A DNA stretch of 64,000 nucleotides, taken from NCBI GenBank assembly GCA_965153285.1, contig OZ229111.1; one strand, 5' to 3'. This document shows positions 36,830 through 47,114 of this stretch, piece after piece (within the stretch, counting starts at the first letter, position 1; each line of letters starts with the position of its first letter). Below the pieces are notes generated by a model that did no database searches, was not told the origin of the DNA, and worked only from the letters and a program-made list of their open reading frames with translations. The stretch is from Podarcis tiliguerta (taxonomy: Eukaryota). A program made the position numbers and the translations under genes.

Positions 36830-38589
36830 AGGAGCGGGGTATCAAAACAAATGAAGCAATAGAAGGAACACCCCTGAACCCTGGAAGGAAAACATCTGGA
36901 AGTACAGATATTAGAGAAGATATAATCCATAACACTGATTGTGACATATTACAGGGTAACTCAGTTGCCTGGCAAACCTTGGTCCAGGGAAAAGGATGGG
37001 ATTTGATATTGATATTTGTCAACTACCCAAAACCAAAGGCCTTTCTATCACAGATAGATCGCATAATGCATCTTCTAGACACATTAAATGATATATTCCA
37101 GGTTTAGTAAAACCAAATGACATTGCTTCTATAGAGTACTTATACTATTTACCCCAATTTGTTAAATGCATCGGTAAAGATGCGAGCATGGTGTAATTAA
37201 CAAGACTAGTGCCTATTCCTAGGATAAATTTGATGTGCAAATAACCAGACCATTTTAAACCAAAGCAACCATTCTGCTGCTTGGGATCAGTAGAGGCAAT
37301 GTGGACAGTGGCTGATATTAAAGAGAAATGACAACTCGGAGCACAAGGAAGCAGTTCATCTCACAGCTGGCATGAAACTGACCAATCCTCTCTAACTCCT
37401 CCCCTGGCAGAGGGGAAATAATCTGAGTTTCAAGAGGTCAGAGCTTCAGGTGAGAGGTCACTTGATTTCCCCGCCTCTAGAAATAAAATTTCGCTGTGTC
37501 TCTATAAATATTTAAAAGATCAGCGGGACTGGGGGCAGGGAGGACGGCACATTTCTCTTTATTAACTCCTCGCTGGCACACACTTCCAGGCTCCCCCTCT
37601 CCCTTTGTTTTCTTATTTTCCTGAATTTAAACAGGAGAAAGATTTTCAAACCCACCCACAGAGGGCTCAGGGGCAAGAGGCCACTGGGGAGAAGAGGACA
37701 TTGCAATTGGGAAGAACATGTGTTTGTATTTCTTTGTGAAGGGATGCACGCACGCACGCACACACAAGATCCCTTCTCCCGTTTACATTGTGCAAACTTA
37801 ACACAAATTTCCATTTCCCCCCTCCCTGACCTATAGTCCTACTAGCATTTAGAGCCCAAGCGTCTACTGTTGAAAAGTGACTTCATGCTGAATTTGGGTG
37901 CTACACGGCCTTCCTTAGCTCTCACGCTGCAAGGCTCGGCCATCCCTTTCTTTCGCTAGTTTTCCCACACTTTCTGCCGCTCATTGTATGCCTGATGCTT
38001 TTTCTATCTGCCTATTCAGCTCAAATTAGTCACGAGCAGCCCCCAGCTTAGAGAGGAAAAATAAATTAGGTAGTGTTTTAAACACAGTTTGATTAGAATG
38101 ATTTCACCCCCACCCACCCCTTTGCTGAAGAAGGGGCAATGCATACCCTCGAAAAGATAGTGTCCTCTCTAATAAAACCCTTCTCCCAATGCAGGAGTGG
38201 GGCACAAGGCAGGGAGAATAAATACGGAGGGACAGTTACCCTTGAAGGGTACAGAAGGTGGCTAGGTAAGTAAAGGAGGTGGGGAACAGGAGCTATGACT
38301 ATACCATTATTATAGGACAGTAGATATGACTGATAAGCAACATATTCCAAAAAGTATTTTTATTTAAAGCACTGAAGTGGGGGGCATGAGCAAAGTGTAG
38401 ATGGACCTATAATAAGATATCAAACCACCCTTTAAATCAGCTAGTCATGTTTTCTGTGTATATTTACATTTATCTTTTATTTCCAATAGTTAACCTGGAC
38501 TGCAGCTGATCTGTTTCAACTAAATTTTACTCAGAGTAGATCCACTGAAATTAATGGACCTAACTTTGAAATTAATGAACATGAGTATT

Positions 38590-38940
38590 GGGACGTGGGT
38601 GGTGCTGTGGGTTAAACCACAGAGCCTAGGACTTGCCGATCAGAAGGTCGGCGGATCGAATCCCCGCGACAGTGTGAGCTCCCGTTGCTTGGTCCCTGCT
38701 CCTGCCAACCTAGCAGTTCGAAAGCACGTCAAAGTGCAAGTAGATAAATAGGTACCGCTCCGGCGGGAAGGTAAACGGCATTTCCGTGCGCTGCTCTGGT
38801 TTGCCAGAAGCGGCTTAGTCATGCTGGCCACATGACCCGGAAGCTGTACTCCAGCTTCCTCGGCCAATAAAGCGAGATGAGCACCGCAGCCCCAGAGTCG
38901 GCCATGACTGGACCTAATGGTCAGGGGTCCCTTTACCTTT
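38590..38940 (+). mobile_element. Sauria SINE nested in an older palindromic MITE (arms 38515-38540 and 38951-38976)
   Basis: Full SINE with ACCTTT tail; the flanking arms are 24/26 reverse-complementary. Confidence 0.93.
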
Positions 38941-39161
38941 TTACTATTGCTCTACTCTGAGTAAAACTTAGCTGAATACCTCCCATTTCGTTCTCAATTA
39001 AAGAAAACAACTGCCACCAATGGGCCTTTGGTTCAGTATAATAAAGGGATAGAAAAATATGCTTGTATATTCATTCATCTATGTCCTGTAATGGAGAAAC
39101 AGTAAAATTGCTTCCACTGATTTAGAAGCAGCAGTTACAGCAGAATTAACAAATGTTAGCA

Positions 39162-39263
39162 CAGGCTTCCTCAAAGTCGGCCCTCCAGCTGTTTTGAGAC
39201 TACAATTCCCATCATCCCGGACCACTAGTCCTGCTAGCTAGGGATCATGGGAGTTGTAGGCCA
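39162..39263. mobile_element. Truncated hAT-type MITE
   Basis: One TIR caggcttcctca plus core of the 3431 family. Confidence 0.8.
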
Positions 39264-39742
39264 ATAATAATCCTCACCACTGGATCAGAAGCAGCTATTA
39301 GGTTCTTCCCTCCATCAACTGCCACCTGACAAAAGCAATTCCGTCCAAAGATGGAACAGAGTAGACAGAGGAAGAGGTGGGAAGCAGAGCCATTAAACTG
39401 GCCCAGCTGAGAGATAAGTAATTTTTGGCTCATCATCTCCTTGTACTGTTTTCTGTTCCAGCTGGTTGTTATAAGAACTGTGTAACTAAAGAACTTGTGC
39501 ATGAGTTTGCTTTTTTCCTTCTCTCTCCCAATTTTCCTTTTACATTCTTTCAGATTGTAAGCATCAGCCCTGGGACTGTCTTAATACTGATATTCATAAA
39601 CTGGTCTGGGAGCTATTTTTGGCTGGAGAATGGGACAAAAACTCTTTAAATCAGCAGAGTGGAGAAGCTTTCGCAGCCCAAGGGCCACAATCCCTCCTGA
39701 GCAACCTTCTCGAGGCAGCACACTATTTATGGACAGAGTAAT

Positions 39743-40208
39743 AGGGAAGTAATAGTGCCACTGTATTCTGCTCTGGTCAGACCTCACCTGGAGTACTGTG
39801 TCCAGTTCTGGGCACCACAGTTCAAGAAGGACACTGACAAACTGGAACGTGTCCAAAGGAGGGCAACCAAAATGGTCAAAGGCCTGGAAACGATGCCTTA
39901 TGAGGAACGGCTAAGGGAGCTGGGCATGTTTAGCCTGGAGAAGAGGAGGTTAAGGGGTGATATGATAGCCATGTTCAAATATATAAAAGGATGTCATATA
40001 GAGGAGGGAGAAAGGTTGTTTTCTGCTGCTCCAGAGAAGAGGACACGGAGCAATGGATCCAAACTACAAGAAAGAGGATTCCACCTAAACATTAGGAAGA
40101 ACTTCCTGACAGTAAGAGCTGTTCGACAGTGGAATTTGCTGCCAAGGAGTGTGGTGGAGTCTCCTTCTTTGGAGGTCTTTAAGCAGAGGCTTGACAACCA
40201 TATGTCAG
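39743..40208 (+). mobile_element. Young CR1 LINE ORF2 internal fragment (RT C-terminus)
   Basis: [44 protein letters not shown]...[11 protein letters not shown]...[22 protein letters not shown], a canonical CR1 sequence with no stops; CR1 3' UTR absent. Confidence 0.95.
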
Positions 40209-42049
40209 AGCCAGGGGCAAATAAGATGGGTACAGCAAGGGACACAGCTCTTCCCTTTGTACAGTAGACTACATTCCAGCCATGCAAAAGTCAGAGGTTT
40301 CTACACCCCCATCTATTCAGACAGGTAAGGGTGCATAGTCAGTTCAAGAATAACTTCCAGCCAGGCAAGAACAGTTGAAGAGGGTATGCATCAGTGCCAC
40401 TGATGGGTGTCGCATTGGAAAATAGGGTGCAGATTGCAGAGAGTCCTAAGGGCTGGACAGAGAGGCCTGCATTTAATTCCCAGGACTTAGCTTTCCTATT
40501 TGTTTTTAATGAACAAGAATGAAACTTACGGAATAATGAACTGTTACAATAGCAACACTATCCTTAAATGTGTGGCAAGATCGTAGCAGTTAACAGAATT
40601 TGCTCTAGGCTGAATATTTCTTGGATTCTATCTACACAAGCATTTGAGTTCATGTAGGCAACTAGCTTTCCATTTGGCGATACCTGACCAAAACAGGATG
40701 TTTGTTTTCTAGCAGCTGCTGCCATGATTTACAGGCATTTTAATACTTCTGTATTAAAAGCAGACAATATGAAGACTGCGCACCAAAGCCAATTCAGTGT
40801 GAGAATCGGAGCCATTGCCTTCTTTGCCTCAAAACTGGTGTATGTCCCTTAGACAAATTATTAGGAGTGCACACCCAAAATTAATTAATGTAGATTAATG
40901 CTGTAACTGTCCTTTTATACTCTACCACCAGAGTGGTTAATGAATAGTTAAGAGTCAATAGCACCCCTCCTTACAGCATCCTTGTGTGGAGTGGGAATTA
41001 GCAATTGAGTACAGAACTAGGAGGGAGTAATTATTTGAATGAATTAATGTGAAAAAGAAAAAAATAAGATGTGATCACTCCGGGCCCTAGTTTTGTTTTT
41101 GTTGAGCTAAGAATAAATGTGAAGGTGGATGCACAAAAATAAATGCCTCTTTGAGATTTATTTCTCTGCAAACTATATAGCAAGGACAAGATCCGTCCCA
41201 ACCACAACAATTAAGCTTTGCTAGATAAGACTGTACAATTATATAAATATTATCTGCACCTTTCTTTAGGAACTTAACTAGTAACTATTTCCAGATGGGT
41301 AGCCATGTTAGTTTCTTGCAGCAAAACCTAAGAATCTTGTGGCACCCTAAACATCAACAAAATTTATTATGGCTAATAACTACAAGCTGTTTCATAAACT
41401 TAAACATATAATTTCTTAGCGATATGTATACATATTTTGGAAAAAAACCCCAAATGATGTTACCTTGGTTGCTATAGTACTGCTTTCAGAAGAGGAGAAC
41501 CTGTGCACCCCTTCTCTCTTCTTTCATTTTGTGCAAGTTGGATAAACAGAAATACCCAGAATATATGAGAGAAATCCTATGATTAACTGAAACTCAGTGT
41601 GGTATTGAAAACGAATAATCAGAATTATGCATTTTCTACAGTTAAAACTCCACACTGAGAACTAATTAAGCAAGACCATTACATGTTCCCTTAGCTGCAG
41701 TTTTGTAAACTTGCATGCCAGTAGATGTAAACACAAAAGGTACATTCAGTTATGCTCTGATCCCTCAAAGAGCAAGATACAAGTATTGCCGTAAAGAAGC
41801 TGTTTTATTATGAAACCAGGAATGCAATGCAGTTCTGGTTTCATCATAAGCTACAAAACATTTCAACCAAGTAATCAAACTGCCATTGGTTTATGAGTAG
41901 AAAACACATATTACAAAATTAAACATATAAAATAAATCACAATATTCATTTTGAGAAATTAGGGTGTTGAACTGATACTATATGACCTCAGGACCAGATC
42001 ATTAGAAAATTGCTCGGAGATGGCATGAATAATGAAAGCACAAGCACAC

Positions 42050-43611
42050 TGGAAAAGCACAAATAAAACACACAACATTTAATGAATTCAGTATAAAATC
42101 AACAAGAGTCAGCTAATGGCTTTTAAATGCATTCTTTAATCTGTATTATACACAAAAGAAAGGAGTTGTGTGTTGGATACAAAAAAAAGCCATTCACCTT
42201 TGAATGAAAAATTAGGATAAAACACCCCCCCCCAAACACACATACTTGGAGCACAAATGGAACAACATTCATTCCAAAAGCCAAGCGAATGACAGTATAT
42301 AAATCCAGACACAAACAGGAAAGGATACCTTTAGTACATAGAAAAAGTCTAGTAACTTCTTCCCTATATAAAATATACCTGTAAAAAGGGGTTTTGGCTA
42401 TATGAAATAAAACAGGAATAAAGATGGAATCACTTGGACAGAGGTATATTTTTGGTGAGATAGCCCTGCACTTCTGAAACAAGCATGAATAAGTTATTTG
42501 GAAGAAAATGAGATGCAACAATGTGATGGGACAGAGGCTTTCTCCAATTTGTTATCTTTATTAAATTGCAACTAGAAGCATTTGACTCAAAAGAGAAACA
42601 AAAAACAGTGCAATTTGAAAATCCACCTGGGAAATGAAAGTAGTGTAAAAACACTGAACTTGAACATCACATTTTACAACAATTCTTTCCACAGCTATAA
42701 TCTTAGAGCTTTTTGATGCTACTTTCAGAGAAGGAAATTATCAGCATTTGCAGTAAATGAACTTTCAGAAACTCATGGTAAAGTTTTTCACTTTCTGCAT
42801 CCTGGGATGCTCTATACTGCAGCCAGTCACGGTCTGATACAATTCATCCCATTATATGGGCTAAAAACATCATTTAGAATACATAATAGCTGCACAAGGC
42901 ATTAAAAAAAGGACCAATGCTTCAGCTGACAATAATATATGACCCATATAGATGTAAGGCTGACATCATATGAGTTCCTAAGACCTAATGTTAGAGAACT
43001 TTTAGCAGAACCCAAGGAGATAAATACTTTTAAGTATAAAAACAGTTTCAGATTGGGGTCAGTCAGGTGAGACAGATGAACTTTTTGAGTTATTTTACTA
43101 AACAGTAGACATAGAAGAGGAAGACTATTTCTGAGCCATGGGCAATGTGAGAATTGAAATAAAGAGACAATGAACGGCTTTGTAAAATTACAGGGAAGGT
43201 TCAGACAGCTCTGGGTTTCCGTACTACTTCAACTGGAGTTCAATAATGTGACAAAAATATTAATATTCCTGATATTTTGCAAATCCCTTTATTTTGTGCA
43301 GCTGCTTTCATCTGTACAGAGAGGAAGCAAGTTGGAGGCATAGTTTGGTTACAAGTGGCTAACGAGAGAATTTGCCAGAGAATTCAAATTGTTACATACA
43401 CAAACAGAACACTTTTATTCTAGGCTCTGAAATTTGTTTCTTTTACAAGTCTGCCAGGGAGGGGTGAGGGGAAAGCCCAAATGAAGAGCTCGTTTTAAAA
43501 TACAAAGCCAAGATTTGTGTGGGGGAGAAAATTATATTCCTCATTAGGGACTAAGAACAAGAATGTATAAAAGATACATCCCAAACAAGTAAAGGCTAAG
43601 AGGAAGGATCA
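42050..43611 (-). other. SARNP: SARNP 3' UTR with candidate poly(A) signals
   Basis: Minus-strand AATAAA at 43414-43419, 43288-43293 and 42558-42563, and ATTAAA at 42078-42083 followed by GU/U-rich sequence. Confidence 0.55.
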
Positions 43612-43653
43612 TCAGACGATGCCAAAACGTTCTGCTCTTTTTCTCTTCTTTGC
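43612..43653 (-). CDS. SARNP: SARNP last coding exon (AKKRKRAERFGIV*)
   Basis: Minus strand: tttgcag|GCA AAG AAG AGA AAA AGA GCA GAA CGT TTT GGC ATC GTC TGA. In frame (phase 0) with the preceding exon; final RxxRFG motif. Confidence 0.95.
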   Translation of the reverse strand, partial: AKKRKRAERFGIV

Positions 43654-45682
43654 CTGCAAATAGGGATTAAAGAGAGAGAAAATCAAGAACAAGGGGAATG
43701 GCAATGCTGAGCATGTGTTTTGGCAGAAGGAAAGGTAGAAAGTCTATAAGAAGTGTCACAGTGTTGGTTTAAGAAAGCATTTTTCATATCAAATTTCACA
43801 AGGGGCACTGCAATTGCAACAGGGCCTCCAACCAGAGTCAGAAATTAAGCTGTAAAAGCATGAGATACAGTGGCCTGGTGGTTGCTTCATCTTGCTGGGT
43901 TATACAAGAGAGCTATGCTTGGAACAATGACCACTTTACAGGCCTGGAAAGCCTTCCAGGCAATGGGGAGGTGGGAAATGTAAAAGGCCAAAGGGTTAAC
44001 ACTCTTCTATTCATGAGGAAGGCGAGAGGGACACAGTCAAATGCATTAAATATACTCATGCGTCTCTGAGATATGCCTCCAAGTTAATACACCAGGGGCA
44101 TATAAATCTTAATTTTTACCAGGATAAATAGCCTAGGGGGTAGCAGAAGTCCTAATCAAGAATCTCCAGGGGAAAGGTGCCATTCAGCATATACAATACT
44201 AGAAAAAGACCTTTTTGTTTCAGGCACACTCTCTAAGTGACCTAACGGAAAAGCATGGAATCCCTCAGACCAGAGCCCAGCCACCCCCTTCACTCAAATT
44301 GAACAGGGGGATCATTCTACAGCTGCTACTTCATTTTGCAGCGCAATGCTTGCATAGCATCTGGCAAAAACAAAAAGCTCCAAGCCATATCTGAACCCCA
44401 CATAAGATGCCAAAGAAAATAAACTTCCTGCATAGAATATTCAGGATTCCTCAAAGGAGGAGGAATCAGGGACCCAAATGCTGCTTCCATTCCATAGGCA
44501 AAATAAGACCCCTTGTGATGGGCATGATGGCTCAATACCAATCACAATTAGCATGAATATGGATTTACAGAAACAAAGAATTGTCATGCTAGAGTAGGAG
44601 GATTAAAATTAGGCAAATAGTTCAAAGAAGGGATCAAAAGACACATAAGACGACAGATTCTTGCCACAAAGAATTTGCAAAATGTGACATGAGGAAAGAA
44701 CTACCGAAGTGTTAGAATAACTATGAAATGTCCGGGGAAAACCCCTAGGTTTCAACAGGAAACAAAATAATTTTATACAGAGACATAGCTATGCCAGTCG
44801 CTTGCAGCAGTCGGTCATGTGGCAACTTAAAAACTAACAAATTTATTATAAAATGAAATTGTTATTGTACAAAATAAACAAACAAACTGCTATTATAAAA
44901 CAACATTGGATTCCTTTAGTACCCTTCTGTGACATTTCCGTGAGGTGAATAAACTTACAGCATGGTGCAAAAATAAAGAAGCCAAGTGTGGGGTTCAAGC
45001 TTCTAAAATCTACAACATCAAAATCTCGCTTTTGCTGGACGTTTATTTAGACCATTCTCCTTGCCATTGATTTCAGTAGGCAGGTTTTTTTTTTAGTGGT
45101 ATAAAGAGGCAGGTAGATAATGTTCCATACACCCAGCATGGTATTTGTTTCACATCAAATTGAAAATCACCATGCTACCTCTGCAATGGATAGAAAGCTG
45201 GGTTTGGACCTGATGACCCAGATTCCAGTTCCAACTAACTTCCAGTTCCAACTAACTGGGTGGTCTTGGACAATTCATAGGGGTTGTTATGAGGATAAAG
45301 TTAGCAACTATAAGCTTATAACCTCCTCTTTCTCATCAAGATAGTGACAGAAAAATCTGAAGCAATATAGATTATTCCCCCCCCCAGAAAATACCCCCCC
45401 CGCACAAAGCACAGTAATGACCTGATGTATTATCTTTGAAGTGGAAAAGAAGCAATTTCTGAGGTCGCCCATTGATGGAGTATCTGAAGTATTATATGAC
45501 CACCTAGGATAGTTTAGTGGGACCATGGGGGTGGGGGCAGAGAACAGGATAAAAGAGACACAGTGCCATCTTGTGGAGTGTTTGGCATTCTTTCACAATT
45601 CATCACAAATTGTCCTCAGCTTCTACCCACACCATTATAATAACAGAACATGCCCCTTATCAGCTTTGGTTTGACAAGTTAC

Positions 45683-45772
45683 CTCTGCATCTTCTGTGGT
45701 TGCTGCCCCAGCCGAGCTTGTTACAATGCCAAACCTCTCCTTTCTTTTTTTGAGCTTTTCATCATCTTCCGT
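45683..45772 (-). CDS. SARNP: SARNP (CIP29/Tho1) penultimate coding exon, 90 bp
   Basis: Minus strand: ...tatag|ACG GAA GAT GAT...GAG|gtaac, giving TEDDEKLKKRKERFGIVTSSAGAATTEDAE. This matches the SARNP C-terminus with an RxxRFG motif. SARNP is the known tail-to-tail neighbour of GDF11. Not in the ORF track. Confidence 0.95.
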
Positions 45773-46369
45773 CTATACAAAAAAGAAGGGAGGAAATGTT
45801 AAGTTGTCTGTATCACCCAATAAAATCATTCTAGTTGGTGATTCTGCTTCTTTCTTAGTCTCATAGAACCATTTGCTGGAAGGGAATTTGCAGAAGAACA
45901 TTGTTTTCAGAACTGTTATTCCGATAACAGTTGAAACCCTTCTCTGGATGGAGAATATGTGTCTTTATGAAGTTCATGGAACAGGAGGCCAGGTCTCTGA
46001 ACAAGCTAGATGCCCTTATATTTTAATTTTCTAGTCTCAGGCTTGCCCAAAGATTGTGCTTCTATGACATATCCTTATTACGTACTACATACAGAACTAA
46101 AACAGCCGTGTCAATAATTTTTCAGGGAGCATTTACTCTTACTTCAGATACTTCTCTTTATTCCTCTCTCCTGATGCTCATCACTGCACTTCTGCTGTTG
46201 CGACACTGTAAATCTTAGTCATCATAAACTGGGACTGGCATCTGGAATAGCTTCAAATGTATTCTTCCACCTTGAAAACCACTATGCAACACTCTATGTG
46301 CTAGCTCTCTCTGTTTCTCTTTCCTAGCCATATTTGTTTGCTTATTTGAAAACCTTCAAAGGACAAATC

Positions 46370-47085
46370 TTAGATACAGCACATGGTTAGCAAGCGGAGA
46401 GCTTAATAGTAAGCCTGCATTATAATGGCATGTTCAGCCAAACCCTGGCTTAGCTCAGTGCAGGTTGGCGGTATAAAAGACAGGGGAGGAACTAAGCAGT
46501 CACATGTTTGAGTGACCCCAGTAAGCCAGTTTGGCTTACCATGATGTGTGAATCAGGTCACAGTATTTTTGCTTCACGTGTTATGCTAAACCATGGTTCA
46601 GTGCTTATATGAATGAGCCTCCAGAACTCTGAGCAAAGCTCATGTTCTCCCCTCCCTACTCCTGTTTCTGCTGTACAGTAAGCCAGCAGCTTACAGGGGG
46701 CGATGTTCCAAGAATCGCGCTTAAAGCCAAAATCTCATACTGTATAGTCAAAACACAATGGCGGGAGGGGTTGTCAAAGTCACAGACACCCACCCCTTTC
46801 CACCCATTTTTTCCCATACTTTTTTTGCCAAGTGCATAAAGCTGAATGCATACAAGTTAAATGTGTGTAAGATGTGAGTTTAGTTTTGCTTTCAAAGAAT
46901 CTTGGCTTGGGGTAATGAACTTACCAGAGATTCCAGTTTGCACACAATGTTCAGCTGAGCAAATCAGCTCAATAACCCCTTGTGCAAAGGAAAGGAAAGC
47001 ACATGAGCCCAATTCTTTGCTCAGGTTTCTGGGGATCATTGACATGGTGTTAAATAAACCATGGTTTAGTGTTCTGTATGTAGAT
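46370..47085. mobile_element. Cluster of old palindromic MITE-like remnants (aaaccatggtt family)
   Basis: Repeated aaaccatggtt / ggcttagc motifs. Similar remnant at ~58580-58840. Boundaries approximate. Confidence 0.4.
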
Positions 47086-47114
47086 ATAGATAATCTGGAG
47101 TATTCAAGCATTTT

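Noticed and set aside
39755-40267. 170-aa ORF as a host gene
   Set aside because: It is a CR1 reverse-transcriptase C-terminal fragment.
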